In this document: one piece after another, positions 21,153 to 33,100 of the stretch
How the letters are laid out: every line of letters starts with the position of its first letter
Numbering within the stretch: position 1 is the first letter of the stretch
NCBI GenBank assembly: GCA_965238175.1
Contig: CBDEGZ010000003.1
Span: forward strand, 1,184,001-1,248,000
DNA: 64,000 bases
Reading direction: 5' to 3'
Origin: Gammaproteobacteria bacterium
Lineage (GTDB): Bacteria > Pseudomonadota > Gammaproteobacteria > CAJXQU01
Program-made: the position numbers and the translations under genes
Notes under the pieces: model-generated
What the model saw: the letters and a program-made list of their open reading frames with translations, nothing else
Databases searched by the model: none
What the model was told of the DNA's origin: nothing

Positions 21153-22364
21153 TTAGTGTCTTGCCGATGTTATCTTTATCGGAACAATGATCACAATCCA
21201 GATAAGGATCAAAATTGCGTTGACTAAAAATACATTTCCAATCCCCGCTGTTCCATATAACCATCCGCCGATTGTTCCGCCGAGAAAAGCACCGAAAAAT
21301 TGTGAGGTGGAGTAGACACCAAGTGCTGTGCCTCTTCTATCGGATGGTGCGGTTCTGGAAACTAATGAAGGTAAGGTTGCTTCGAGATAATTAAAGGCGG
21401 TAAAGAATACGAGCATCATGACGGAAAGCCAGACGACTGATGAATAGCCTTTCCAAAGTCCGAGTTCGGCAAATGCTAACAAGATGGTTGCGCCGATAAA
21501 GATCGGTTTAGCCAGATTCTTTTGCGAATTTGGTTTTTCTGCTAATCGAATAAAGGGGAGCATGAATACCAGTGAAAGTAGCATGACGGGTAGATATGTT
21601 TTCCAATGCTGTGCAGAATCTAAGCCTGCATAATCACGCAAGGCTAGAGGTAGAACAACGAAACTGGCGGTCAGGACTAAATGTAAGATCAGAATGCTAA
21701 TGTCTAGCCTTAAAAGATCTGAGTTTTTTAGAACCGCCAGAAAGTTTTTTTTCTCAGGTTCTGGGTCGATTTCTGTCTGTTCAAAGTCTTGAGTATTGGG
21801 TACCCAGACAAAAAGCACGGCAATGGCTAGCAGGCCAAGTAAAGCTGCCATCCAGAACAAACCATGAAGTCCAAGCCAGATATCGAGAATTGGCCCAGCG
21901 ATAAATGACAATGTGAAAGCCAATCCGATTGTGACACCAATAATGGCCATGGTTTTTGTGCGCTGGCTTTCACGGGTTAGATCAGATGCTAATGCCATGA
22001 TTGCTGCTGCAATTGCGCCTGCACCCTGGAGAGCACGACCGAGAATTAAGATATAAATATCTTCTGATAATGCGGCGATCATACTACCGATCGCAAAGAT
22101 AAGTAACCCAGTAGCAACCACGGGTTTACGCCCAAAACGATCAGAAAACATGCCGAAAGGAATTTGCAATAGAGCTTGAGTCAAACCATAAATACCGATA
22201 GCAAGGCCGATCAAAATTGGTGTCGCACCGGTCATTACTTCGGTATACAAAGACAACACCGGCAAAAGCATGAACAGGCCGAACATGCGTAAGAAGTAGA
22301 TTAGCGCAAGTGATGTGGCAGATCGGAGTTCTAGCGGCGTCATTTTTTGTTTATTTTTATTCAT
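21153..22364 (-). CDS. MFS transporter (YajR-like)
   Basis: RMFGLFMLLPV, SDRFGRKP motif A, about 12 TM; typical ssb-MFS-uvrA context; start moved to 22364 to avoid overlapping uvrA. Confidence 0.88.
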   Translation of the reverse strand: MNKNKQKMTPLELRSATSLALIYFLRMFGLFMLLPVLSLYTEVMTGATPILIGLAIGIYGLTQALLQIPFGMFSDRFGRKPVVATGLLIFAIGSMIAALSEDIYILILGRALQGAGAIAAAIMALASDLTRESQRTKTMAIIGVTIGLAFTLSFIAGPILDIWLGLHGLFWMAALLGLLAIAVLFVWVPNTQDFEQTEIDPEPEKKNFLAVLKNSDLLRLDISILILHLVLTASFVVLPLALRDYAGLDSAQHWKTYLPVMLLSLVFMLPFIRLAEKPNSQKNLAKPIFIGATILLAFAELGLWKGYSSVVWLSVMMLVFFTAFNYLEATLPSLVSRTAPSDRRGTALGVYSTSQFFGAFLGGTIGGWLYGTAGIGNVFLVNAILILIWIVIIVPIKITSARH

Positions 22365-22438
22365 GCCGTGTATTTCTAAAACATCCTTGCGCAAAAACGC
22401 GTATATTAACAGGTTGCTTCCAATTCGATTAAGAAAAT

Positions 22439-25261
22439 ATGGATAAAATTTCGATCCGTGGTGCACGTACTCATAATTTGAAGGGCGTGGATCTTGATTT
22501 ACCTCGCAATAAACTGATCGTGATCACAGGCTTGTCTGGATCCGGTAAATCATCATTAGCATTTGATACGATTTATGCCGAAGGACAACGCCGCTACGTT
22601 GAGTCGCTTTCGTCCTATGCACGTCAGTTTTTGTCGATGATGGAAAAACCCGATGTTGATTTGATCGAAGGCTTGTCTCCAGCCATCTCCATTGAACAAA
22701 AATCCACCTCGCATAATCCACGATCAACGGTTGGTACTATCACCGAGATTTATGATTATTTGCGTTTGTTATTTGCCCGTGTTGGCGAGCCGCGCTGTCC
22801 TGAACACGATAAGATTCTTGAAGCTCAAACCATTAGCCAAATGGTTGATAATGTTCTGGAGTTACCAGAAGGTAGTAAATTGATGTTGCTGGCTCCTCTA
22901 GTACAAGGGCGAAAAGGCGAGCATATTCAGTTGCTTGAGAGTCTTCGTCGCGAAGGTTACATTCGCGCACGGATCAATGGTGAGGTAGTCAATCTTGATG
23001 ATGCACCTGAATTGGATCTGTATAAAAAACACGATATTGAGGCGGTGGTTGATCGGTTCAAAGTCCGCGATGATATGAAAATACGATTGGCCGAATCGTT
23101 TGAAACAGCACTGACGCTTACCGAAGGCATCGCAAAAGTTGCCTGGATGGACGACGATAAACCGGATTTTATCTTTTCAGCCTTATTTGCTTGTCCGCAT
23201 TGTGGTTATAGTATTAGTGAATTGGAACCGCGGATTTTTTCTTTCAATAATCCTGCCGGCGCATGTCCAGATTGTGATGGTTTGGGCGTGATGCAATTTT
23301 TTGATCCTGACCGTGTTGTACAACACCCAGAATTATCAATGCCCGGTGGAGCGATTCGTGGATGGGATCGACGTACTGTCTATTACTATCAGTTGATCTG
23401 TGCGCTAGCTGAACACTATAAGTTTGATGTTGATATTCCTTTTCAAGATCTTCCAAAGAATATTCAGGAAGTGATTCTCTACGGCAGTGGCGAAACCGAA
23501 ATTAAGTTTGACTACGCTGATTCCAAAGGGAGTAAACGTAAGCGTAAACATGCATTCGAGGGTGTGATTAATAATCTGCAACGACGTTATCGAGAAACTG
23601 ATTCCAGTTCGATCCGTGATGAGCTGGCAAAATTTTTAGTTTCTAAACCTTGCTCTTCCTGTAGTGGACAGCGCTTAGGTGTTGCCGCGAGAAATGTGTT
23701 TGTTGAAAAGAAAAACTTGCCGGAAATTTCAGATATGTCGGTGGGAACGGCGCAGTTATTTTTTGATGGCTTGAAACTAGAAGGTCAGCGCGGCGAGATC
23801 GCAGAAAAGATCCTTAAAGAAGTCTCTGAACGATTAAGTTTTTTGGTTAATGTCGGTCTTGATTATCTGACCTTGTCGCGCAGTGCGGAATCTCTTTCAG
23901 GTGGTGAAGCACAACGGATCCGTTTAGCCAGCCAAATTGGTGCGGGCTTGGTCGGTGTGATGTATGTGCTTGATGAACCTTCGATTGGTCTGCATCAGCG
24001 AGATAATCAACGTTTGTTGAGCACTTTATATCATCTGCGAGATCTCGGTAATACAGTAATTGTTGTTGAGCATGATGAAGAAGCGATTCGGGCTGCTGAT
24101 TATGTCCTTGATATCGGTCCTGGTGCGGGTGTTCATGGTGGTGAGATTGTCGCGCAAGGGACGATGAAGGATCTGGAATCAAGTGAACGATCGCTTACTG
24201 GGCAATATCTTTCAGGCAAACGAGAGATTAAGGTACCCGAAACACGTCATCCAGTAGATCCTGATCGTCTACTACGAGTTGTTGGGGCGACGGGGAATAA
24301 TCTCAAGAAAGTCACTTTGGAAATCCCTGTAGGTTTGATGACCTGTATAACCGGTGTTTCTGGATCGGGTAAATCCACTCTAATTAATGACACACTTTAT
24401 AAGGTTGCCGCACATCAATTAAACCGGGCAAATACAGAACCAGCCAAGCACGAAAAGATCGAAGGGCTGGATCAGTTTGATAAGGTGGTTGATATTGATC
24501 AAAGTCCGATTGGCCGCACACCAAGATCAAACCCCGCAACATATACCGGTATTTTCACTCCCGTTCGTGAGCTATTTGCGACGACTCATGAATCCCGTTC
24601 ACGTGGGTATAAGCCGGGTCGTTTTAGTTTTAATGTCAAAGGTGGGCGATGCGAAGCTTGTCAGGGTGATGGTGTGCTCAAAGTCGAAATGCACTTTTTA
24701 CCGGATGTGTATGTGCCTTGTGATATTTGCAAAGGAAAACGTTATAACCGCGAAACTCTGGAAGTTAGATACAAAGGGAAAAATATCCATGAAGTGTTAG
24801 ATATGACGGTTGAAGAAGCGCGCGAATTTTTTGATTCAGTTCCGATGATTAAAACCAAGTTACAAACACTAATGGATGTTGGTTTAACCTATATAAAACT
24901 CGGTCAAAACGCGACAACTCTCTCTGGTGGTGAGGCACAGCGGGTGAAATTATCGCGCGAGTTGTCAAAACGAGATACAGGTAATACTTTGTATATCCTC
25001 GATGAACCGACAACTGGGTTACACTTTTATGATACTGAACAACTACTACAAGTCTTGCATCGTTTACGTGATCATGGCAATACTGTCATTGTGATCGAAC
25101 ACAATTTGGACGTGATCAAAACGGCAGATTGGATAGTAGATCTTGGGCCAGAAGGTGGTAACGGTGGTGGAGAGATCCTGGTTGCAGGTTCACCCGAAGA
25201 GGTAGTGAAGCACAAGGTATCGCATACGGCGAAATATTTGTCTCCGCTATTGGAGAAATAA
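22439..25261 (+). CDS. uvrA: Excinuclease ABC subunit A
   Basis: GARTHNLK, two GxSGSGKS Walker A motifs, two LSGGEAQR signatures, zinc fingers. Confidence 0.99.
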   Translation: MDKISIRGARTHNLKGVDLDLPRNKLIVITGLSGSGKSSLAFDTIYAEGQRRYVESLSSYARQFLSMMEKPDVDLIEGLSPAISIEQKSTSHNPRSTVGTITEIYDYLRLLFARVGEPRCPEHDKILEAQTISQMVDNVLELPEGSKLMLLAPLVQGRKGEHIQLLESLRREGYIRARINGEVVNLDDAPELDLYKKHDIEAVVDRFKVRDDMKIRLAESFETALTLTEGIAKVAWMDDDKPDFIFSALFACPHCGYSISELEPRIFSFNNPAGACPDCDGLGVMQFFDPDRVVQHPELSMPGGAIRGWDRRTVYYYQLICALAEHYKFDVDIPFQDLPKNIQEVILYGSGETEIKFDYADSKGSKRKRKHAFEGVINNLQRRYRETDSSSIRDELAKFLVSKPCSSCSGQRLGVAARNVFVEKKNLPEISDMSVGTAQLFFDGLKLEGQRGEIAEKILKEVSERLSFLVNVGLDYLTLSRSAESLSGGEAQRIRLASQIGAGLVGVMYVLDEPSIGLHQRDNQRLLSTLYHLRDLGNTVIVVEHDEEAIRAADYVLDIGPGAGVHGGEIVAQGTMKDLESSERSLTGQYLSGKREIKVPETRHPVDPDRLLRVVGATGNNLKKVTLEIPVGLMTCITGVSGSGKSTLINDTLYKVAAHQLNRANTEPAKHEKIEGLDQFDKVVDIDQSPIGRTPRSNPATYTGIFTPVRELFATTHESRSRGYKPGRFSFNVKGGRCEACQGDGVLKVEMHFLPDVYVPCDICKGKRYNRETLEVRYKGKNIHEVLDMTVEEAREFFDSVPMIKTKLQTLMDVGLTYIKLGQNATTLSGGEAQRVKLSRELSKRDTGNTLYILDEPTTGLHFYDTEQLLQVLHRLRDHGNTVIVIEHNLDVIKTADWIVDLGPEGGNGGGEILVAGSPEEVVKHKVSHTAKYLSPLLEK

Positions 25262-25263
25262 TC

Positions 25264-26466
25264 ATGAAAAAACTATTCTTTTTTACTAGTTCATTATTCC
25301 TCGTATTTTTGTTTTATGCTAAGACGACAATTGCAAAACCTGTTAACTGGCTAGCAGAAGGACTACCAGCACCTTATGCAACACCCTCAGCCAATAGGGG
25401 AGCGAGGATTATTGATCAACCAGATGGTGCGAAATTAAAAGTGCCTGAAGGTTTCCAAGTCGAAGAATACATGTCTGGGTTTGTCAGCCCGCGATTTATG
25501 ATCCTTGGGACAAAAGGCGAGCTGATCTTGTCTGATACCTTTGTCGGCAAGGTCTATGTGATTAAGGATAAAAAGAAAACATTACTGATCCGTGATTTGA
25601 ATAATCCTTATGGATTGGCCTTTTACAAAGATTGGTTATACGTTGCCGAGACAACTGCCGTGCGTCGATATAAATATGATCCGGAGTCATTAGCTGTAAC
25701 ACCAGAAAGCGAGATGATTGTCGATATGTCAGATTTTAATCGAGGACATATTACCCGTTCGATTGTTTTTGATTATAAAGTCGACAAGTTTTATTTAAGC
25801 GTTGGATCTCAATCGAATGTTGACCCTGGAGAGCCAGTGATGAGGGCGGCTATAAGCCGGTTTAATCCTGATGGTAGTGGTAAAGAGATTTTTGCATCAG
25901 GTATTAGGAATGGTGTGGGATTGCGTTTAACTGAGGATACAGCGGATCAAAAACCTCAAGTTTGGGTGACGTCTCATGAACGCGATGGACTTGGGGATGA
26001 TCTTGTTCCCGATTATTTGACCAGTGTTAATGAGGATGATTTTTTGGGTTGGCCTTATGCCTATATTGGTCCAAACGAAGATCCTCGAAATGCTGGTTTA
26101 GCATCTGATATGGTGGCGAAAACCCGTTATCCAGATGTATTGCTGGGTTCACACGTAGGCGCGATGGACTTTATTTTTTATAAAGGCAATCAATTTCCAG
26201 AAAAATATCATGGCGGTAGTTTCGTTGCGCTTCATGGTTCGTGGAATCGTTCAAAACTGGTGGGTTACCGTATCGCATTTGTACCTTTTACTGCAGGAAA
26301 ACCAACTTCCGGGCCAGAAGATTTTCTTACGGGTTGGTTGTTATCTAACGATTCAAATAAGGTATGGGGCCGTCCTGTAGGACTGGTGGAATTAAAAGAT
26401 GGATCAATTTTGGTTACAGACGATGCGGCAGGGAAAATCTGGCGTGTTTTTTATTCTGTTCAATGA
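25264..26466 (+). CDS. Secreted PQQ-dependent sugar / L-sorbosone dehydrogenase-family beta-propeller
   Basis: Signal peptide; SGIRNGVGL, ERDGLGDDLVPDY, ALHGSWNRS, GRPVG, VTDDAAGKIWRV. Confidence 0.85.
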   Translation: MKKLFFFTSSLFLVFLFYAKTTIAKPVNWLAEGLPAPYATPSANRGARIIDQPDGAKLKVPEGFQVEEYMSGFVSPRFMILGTKGELILSDTFVGKVYVIKDKKKTLLIRDLNNPYGLAFYKDWLYVAETTAVRRYKYDPESLAVTPESEMIVDMSDFNRGHITRSIVFDYKVDKFYLSVGSQSNVDPGEPVMRAAISRFNPDGSGKEIFASGIRNGVGLRLTEDTADQKPQVWVTSHERDGLGDDLVPDYLTSVNEDDFLGWPYAYIGPNEDPRNAGLASDMVAKTRYPDVLLGSHVGAMDFIFYKGNQFPEKYHGGSFVALHGSWNRSKLVGYRIAFVPFTAGKPTSGPEDFLTGWLLSNDSNKVWGRPVGLVELKDGSILVTDDAAGKIWRVFYSVQ

Positions 26467-26538
26467 TTATTTGAAGTTTTACACGAGGTTTTGCGGTAGT
26501 ATTTAAATCAAAGTATTTAGAACACACGAGGAGTTTTT

Positions 26539-27471
26539 ATGTCAATTTTAGTCTGTGGATCGCTAGCTTACGACAATATTATGGTTTTTCCCGACAAGTT
26601 CAAAAATCATATTTTGCCGGATAAGATCCATATGTTGAACGTTTCTTTTTTTGTTCCTGAAATGCGCCGAGAATATGGCGGTTGTGCCGGTAATATTGCT
26701 TATAACCTTAATTTATTGGGTGAATCACCCGTATTGATGGCCACTGCGGGAAGTGACTTTGCACCTTATGCGCAATGGATAGATGACTGTGGTGTCCGTC
26801 GTGAAAACGTTACTATCATTGACGATGCCTTCACGGCCCAGGCCTTTATTACAACGGATCTAGATGATAACCAGATCACTGCTTTTCATCCGGGAGCAAT
26901 GAATATGTCGCATGTTAACCGCGTTGATGATACGTCGGACATTGTATTGGGTATTATTTCTCCCGATGGCCGTGACGGCATGATTCAGCACGCAGAACAA
27001 TTTGTAAAACAAGAAGTGCCGTTTATTTTTGATCCGGGTCAGGGTATGCCGATGTTTGACGGTGATGATTTGAAGAAATTTATTGATCAAGCCACTTGGG
27101 TAACCGTGAACGATTATGAATGGCAAATGATGCAGGAACGAACAGCTTGGTCGGTTGATGATGTTACAGAACGAGTTGAAGCGTTGATTGTCACCAAAGG
27201 AGGCGAAGGATCATCAATTTATTGTCGCGGAAATACGATAGAAATTCCGCCCGCTAAAATCGCTGAAAATAATGATCCAACCGGTTGTGGTGATGCATAT
27301 CGAGCTGGATTACTCTACGGATTAAAAAATAATCTGGATTGGGAAAGTACAGGACGAATTGCTTCTCTCATTGGTGCGATCAAGATTGAGCAACATGGAA
27401 CACAGAACCACCAATTTACCAAACCTGAATTTAAGGCACGTTATGAACGTGAATTTGGAAGTTCTTTTTAA
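26539..27471 (+). CDS. PfkB-family carbohydrate/nucleoside kinase (adenosine kinase-like)
   Basis: [36 protein letters not shown]. Confidence 0.9.
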   Translation: MSILVCGSLAYDNIMVFPDKFKNHILPDKIHMLNVSFFVPEMRREYGGCAGNIAYNLNLLGESPVLMATAGSDFAPYAQWIDDCGVRRENVTIIDDAFTAQAFITTDLDDNQITAFHPGAMNMSHVNRVDDTSDIVLGIISPDGRDGMIQHAEQFVKQEVPFIFDPGQGMPMFDGDDLKKFIDQATWVTVNDYEWQMMQERTAWSVDDVTERVEALIVTKGGEGSSIYCRGNTIEIPPAKIAENNDPTGCGDAYRAGLLYGLKNNLDWESTGRIASLIGAIKIEQHGTQNHQFTKPEFKARYEREFGSSF

Positions 27472-27494
27472 GATTTTTTATAAGAAATAACATT

Positions 27495-28445
27495 ATGAAA
27501 ATATTACTTGCTAACCCTCGAGGTTTTTGTGCTGGCGTTGACAGAGCAATTGGGATTGTTGATCGTGCGATAGAGTTGTTTGGAGCTCCAATTTATGTAC
27601 GACATGAAGTGGTCCACAATAAGTATGTTGTTGATAACTTAAGGGAAAAAGGTGCAGTATTTGTTGATGAGTTAGATCAGGTGCCAGATGGCAATACCGT
27701 CATTTTTAGTGCCCATGGTGTCGCAAAATCTGTCCGAGAAGAAGCAGAAAAAAGAGATTTGCGAGTCTTTGATGCAATTTGTCCTTTGGTAACGAAGGTG
27801 CATATGGAAGTAAGTCGATACCAGAAAGAGGGGCGAGAGTGTATTTTAATCGGCCATGTTGGTCATCCTGAAGTTGAAGGTACCTTAGGGCAATACACTC
27901 GTAACGATGGTGTTGGTGGGATTTATCTTATTGAAACTGTAGAGGATGTCCAGAATCTTCAAGTTAAAGATCCAGAATTTTTAGCTTTTGTTACGCAAAC
28001 AACCTTATCGATGGATGATACTGCCGAAGTGATCAATGCATTGGTCGAACACTTCCCTAAAATATATGGTCCAAAAAAAGAAGACATTTGTTATGCGACT
28101 CAAAATCGTCAAGATGCTGTGAAAGTGCTTGTTGAACAATCTGATCTGGTTCTTGTTGTTGGATCCCAAAGCAGTTCTAATTCGACAAGGTTGAAAGAAA
28201 TATCTGTTAAGAAAGGTATACTTGCTTATCTGATTGATGGTGCTAATGAAATTCAAAAAGAGTGGCTGGATGGGGTTGACACTATCGGTGTGACTGCTGG
28301 TGCCTCAGCGCCTGAAGTGCTGGTGAATGAGGTAATTGAACGGTTAAGAGAATGGGGTGGGGTTATACCTGAAGAGCTTGAAGGTGTAAAAGAGACGATT
28401 GTTTTTAACCTTCCCAAAGAACTGGCAAAGGTTGCTAATTCCTAG
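27495..28445 (+). CDS. ispH: 4-hydroxy-3-methylbut-2-enyl diphosphate reductase
   Basis: [37 protein letters not shown]. Confidence 0.98.
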   Translation: MKILLANPRGFCAGVDRAIGIVDRAIELFGAPIYVRHEVVHNKYVVDNLREKGAVFVDELDQVPDGNTVIFSAHGVAKSVREEAEKRDLRVFDAICPLVTKVHMEVSRYQKEGRECILIGHVGHPEVEGTLGQYTRNDGVGGIYLIETVEDVQNLQVKDPEFLAFVTQTTLSMDDTAEVINALVEHFPKIYGPKKEDICYATQNRQDAVKVLVEQSDLVLVVGSQSSSNSTRLKEISVKKGILAYLIDGANEIQKEWLDGVDTIGVTAGASAPEVLVNEVIERLREWGGVIPEELEGVKETIVFNLPKELAKVANS

Positions 28446-28883
28446 TTATCTTTGCCAGCAGTCATCATTGGTAGCCGTTTTTCGTCCAGTCGATGTTTGA
28501 GTATATTTTGCACATTCTGTGTCTAATGATTGAAGGGTGCCATGAGTAGTAACGGATAAGGAAAAACAGTTAGTTATAGGACAATTTCCAGTAGGCGTAT
28601 CAACGGATAGCTGATAGTAACCATGTTTGGAGATGGCAGGATTAGCTAGGTATCCTAATATTATTGTACTCACGGCATAAGTATTATTGGAAGAGTAATA
28701 ACGTTCTTGATCTGCAATTGCACGTTCTAGCATTGCTTTTCCTTCTAGTCGATTAGTTCTCAAAACATGCTTGTTATAGGATGGATAAGCAATAGCGGCG
28801 ACAATCCCTATTATAGTGACAGTAATCATTAGTTCGATAAGTGTGAAACCAGCAAATTGTTTTTTGCAAGCTCGTAGATTCAT
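28446..28883 (-). CDS. pilE: Type IV minor pilin, PilE-like
   Basis: G|FTLIELMI prepilin site, IAYPSY, C-terminal Cys pair ending CW. Confidence 0.85.
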   Translation of the reverse strand: MNLRACKKQFAGFTLIELMITVTIIGIVAAIAYPSYNKHVLRTNRLEGKAMLERAIADQERYYSSNNTYAVSTIILGYLANPAISKHGYYQLSVDTPTGNCPITNCFSLSVTTHGTLQSLDTECAKYTQTSTGRKTATNDDCWQR

Positions 28884-29058
28884 CTATTTACACCATTTGA
28901 TTTGAGACAAGTTGATGCTAGTTTAGCATGCAGCAGCAGTACCACTATTCATCAATGTTCTGTGTATCAGGATATGGTTAATTTTACCATGCACTTAATT
29001 GATAAATCGTAGAAAATATTAACCATTATGTACTGACGGTGATGATTGGAGAAGGTAT

Positions 29059-30165
29059 TTGACAATTGATTGTGTAATTATTGGTGGAGGAATCATTGGA
29101 ATGATGACTGCACGGGAATTGTCCACCGCAGGTCTTAAAGTCCAAATCCTTGAAAAGGGGGTGGTTGGGAGAGAGGCTTCTTGGGCTGGCGGAGGTATTC
29201 TTTCACCTATTTACCCTTGGGACGCTGCTGAAAAAATTTGGCCAATGGTGGACGCCAGTCAAAAAATATATCCCAGTTTATGCGCAGAACTGACAGATGA
29301 AACAGGGATAGATCCACAAAGGTCTCGTTCTGGGATGCTTAACTTTGATCAAATTGATAATGAGAAATTAACGCGTTGGCAAAGTAAAACTGAAACAAAT
29401 TATGAGTATCTGGATAGAGAACAGATCCGTGAGATAGAGCCTTTAATTAATGAGAGGTTTGAGTCTGCTATTTGGATATCAAACATTACGCAAATCAGAA
29501 CGCCACGACTACTCAAGGCATTAAAGAAATCCTTGTTACTTCATGGAGTCAAAATAAGTGAAGGGGTTGAGGTGACAGAAATTAGCCAAGCTAAGGCTAA
29601 GATAGATGGTGTTGAATCTACTCAAGGTAGAATTGATTGTGCGTCTGTTGTGATTGCAGCTGGTGCCTGGAGTGGGAAATTTCTTAAAGATAAGTTATCA
29701 ATAAAACCTGTTCGAGGGCAAATGTTGCGAGTTGGTGTCCCGAATGGTTTACTCAATAGTATTTTATTGAAAAACGGAATTTATCTCATACCCAGGAAAG
29801 CTGAGTTAATAAAAGATTTGTCTCAGCAAAAACAACAGATTTTGATAGGGTCGACAATGGAGCATGTTGGGTTTGATCAATCAACAACGGCTGAGGCAGC
29901 TAACAGTCTCTATGTCGCAGGGATCGAAATACTTCCAGATCTGGAAAATTATCCAATTATTCAGCAGTGGTCAGGGTTAAGACCAGGTTCAGAAAAAGGA
30001 ATTCCTATTATTGATGCGATAGAAGGTACCGAAGGGTTGTTCTTAAACAGTGGTCATCATAGAAATGGTGTAACACTTGCACCAGGCGCAGCGAAAATAA
30101 TGAAGGATAAGGTTATTAATTATTTGCAGGGACAACTTGCCAATTTGTACCGGGAAAAGAATTGA
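29059..30165 (+). CDS. thiO: Glycine oxidase ThiO-like FAD oxidoreductase
   Basis: GGGIIG, EASWAGGGILSP, PVRGQM, WSGLRP, GHHRNG; TTG start. Confidence 0.85.
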   Translation: MTIDCVIIGGGIIGMMTARELSTAGLKVQILEKGVVGREASWAGGGILSPIYPWDAAEKIWPMVDASQKIYPSLCAELTDETGIDPQRSRSGMLNFDQIDNEKLTRWQSKTETNYEYLDREQIREIEPLINERFESAIWISNITQIRTPRLLKALKKSLLLHGVKISEGVEVTEISQAKAKIDGVESTQGRIDCASVVIAAGAWSGKFLKDKLSIKPVRGQMLRVGVPNGLLNSILLKNGIYLIPRKAELIKDLSQQKQQILIGSTMEHVGFDQSTTAEAANSLYVAGIEILPDLENYPIIQQWSGLRPGSEKGIPIIDAIEGTEGLFLNSGHHRNGVTLAPGAAKIMKDKVINYLQGQLANLYREKN

Positions 30166-33100
30166 TTGTTTCACTGTTAATTATGGAAATGCCATTCAGT
30201 TGATTCATCAAGTTGCCCCCGGTAACCGAATTTTTCCATAACAGATCAGTATTACCGTCGTTGTTATAGTCCGCAGTTTGTACTAATGTCCAGGATCCAA
30301 CCAATGTACTTAGTAGATCATTTTGCGTTATTTGGGTTCCATTCATCAGATACATCCAAACAAGGTTCGTGGATTCATTACGCCAAACAATATCTTCTTT
30401 ACCATCTCCGTTAAAATCACCTGTTCCTTTTATATCCCAGTCAGCACCTGAGAAGGCAACATGCTGATCAGTAATGATATTTGATCCATTCATTAAGTAC
30501 ATCCAGACTCTTCCGTTTGATTTATTTCGCCATAAAATGTCACCATCACCATCACCATCAAAGTCACCGACACCTTTTATTTCCCAGTCAAGTCCAGTAA
30601 AAGCAATGTGATTGCCTTGGCCGCCACCATTAATAACGGTTGATCCATTCATAAGATATACCCAAATACGCCCTGTTCCGCTATGACGCCACAGAATATC
30701 GTTGCTTCCATCACCATTAAAATCAGCGATCCCATTCACTTGCCATCTTGTGTCAGCGACTGTTTGAATGACACTATTACGCAAAATCTGAGTACCATTC
30801 ATAAAATAAATTCGATTTTCACCGGAGACACTATTTCGCCATAAAAGATCTTCTTTGCCATCACCATCAAAATCGCCATTACCGACGATCTGCCACTGAT
30901 TTGATGGTGTATTTAGAGTGGCATTCTGGTTAATAACATTCCCGGCAATGAGGTATGTTTTATGTGCGCCAGTTGCAGTATTACGTAAAAAAATTGATAT
31001 GGTTGTTGATATTGGATCATTTATATCAGTTGGATTACTACCACCTCGAAACTCTTGCAAATTTGTTAACCCATCTCCATCGAGATCAAGTGACGCATCC
31101 GCACTATTCAACGGATTGAGTCCATAAGTTGTTTCAAAGTTATCTGCTATACCATCGCCATCAGTGTCAGCTGTTTCAGTGGCGCTAGTTGGGAAAGCAT
31201 CACAGGCATCGCCTGCTAAATCGCCATCGGTATTTATTTGGTTAGAATTCGGAATAGAAGGGCAGTTATCGCTGCTATCGGGAATGCCATCGCTATCAAG
31301 ATCTCCTACGAATTGTGCAATGATACTTCTGAAAGTATTCATTGTAACTGTACAATTTCGGTTAGATGTTGAATCACACCCAGTCCATGCAATGAATGTG
31401 CTATTTGATGCAGGATTAGCTGTAATCGTGACATTCGTACCATCAGAATAATATCCACAGCTTACCGAATTATCACCACAGTCTGTACCGGACGAACTCA
31501 GCACGAAATTACCCGAATCATTTCCTGAACTTGTAACGAGTAAATATTTGTTGTCAGTAATGTCTGGGTTCTCGGAAAGATAGATGTCTTTCTGCCCGTT
31601 GGAATCACTAACAATCAAATTAGAAGCGCTACTGGCAAAAGTGACAAATTTTCCATCGAAAGAGATACTTGATTTACTGCTATTGTTATTTGCTTGCGTC
31701 GCCGTTAGCGATCTCACACTCATACGGGAAGTTTTAGATCCATCACGATCTCGAACAAAAATATCGTTAACGCCATTTGTATCGTTTACAACCGAATCAA
31801 GATTGGTTGCAGTACTCGTGAAACTAACATAATCACCGTCCGCAGAAATCGATGGTTCGATACTGTCGTTGTTTGCCTGGACATTAAACGAATTAATGCT
31901 TAGACGACTGGTATTTCCTGTTTGTCGATCATGTAAAAAAATATCACGACTCGAATTACTATCGCTATCGACCAAATTAGTTGCAGTACTGTCAAAAACA
32001 ATGAATCTTCCGTCACCAGAAATGTCAGCTCGGTAGGAATCGTTATTCGCCTGTTCTGTACCAGAACCAATACTAACCCTGGTAAGGTTATTTGTTGCTA
32101 ACTCATAAACAAAGATGTCGCTAGAATTATTACTATCTCCAGATATTAAATCTGACGCATCGCTTTCAAAGGCGACAAAACGCCCATCGGCAGAAATAGC
32201 AGCACGTTGACTAGTATTGTTTCCCGCATTACCCGAATTATTTGTACTAAGTCGTTTCAAACTATCGTTATTTCTATCGAATAAGAATACATCAGTCGTA
32301 CCATTAGAATCGCCCATAACCAGATTCGAAGCATCACTTTCGAAAACAATATACCGACCATCTGCAGAGATTACAGGCAGTCTACTGGCACCGTTGGCTT
32401 CAGTTCCACTACTAGTCAGGCTGATCCGAGATGTTGTGGAAGATTGTGTGTTGCGAAGGAAGACATCTCTCTTTGAGTTGGAATCTCCTGAGATCAGGTT
32501 TGAAGCAAAACTATCAAAAACGACAAATGTACCATCACCAGATTGATCGGGGTTTCGACTATTACCATTACTTTGAGAGCTGCTGGCAGTAACACTTATT
32601 AGAGAGGTGTTGTCTGATTGCTTGTCATAAACAAAAATATCTAACCAAGAATTAGAATCACTTATAGTGAGATCAGATGCAAGACTATGAAAGGCTATGT
32701 ATCTGCCACTAGCGGAAATTGATGGGTTACCACTCTCGGCATTTGGGTTATCGCCTGAGCTATCTACGCTCACTCTCGTCGTGAGGAAAGACACGATAGG
32801 TGGACTAGCTGCAACAACATCAAAATCGAAACCAAAAAATTCAAGTATACCGTTCTGATAGCCATTGTGGTTAACGGTGAAGGTATAGTATTCATCTGCA
32901 AAAAACGTTGCATTAATGTTCGTAAAGTTTTGGGAAGAACCATTCTCATCATCTCTTCCCTGTAAGTTAGATAAGTTAACTCCTAAACCCGAAATATCGA
33001 AATCTGGGATGTTACCAGAGTTTGAAGTATAGGCCGATGAGCTAATGCCATCAAAAATCACGGAATTGAGGTTTACATTGTGATCAAAAATAAGATCGAA

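Noticed and set aside
22380-22438. LexA box upstream of uvrA
   Set aside because: Only the ACAG half is present; there is no CTGT-N8-ACAG match.
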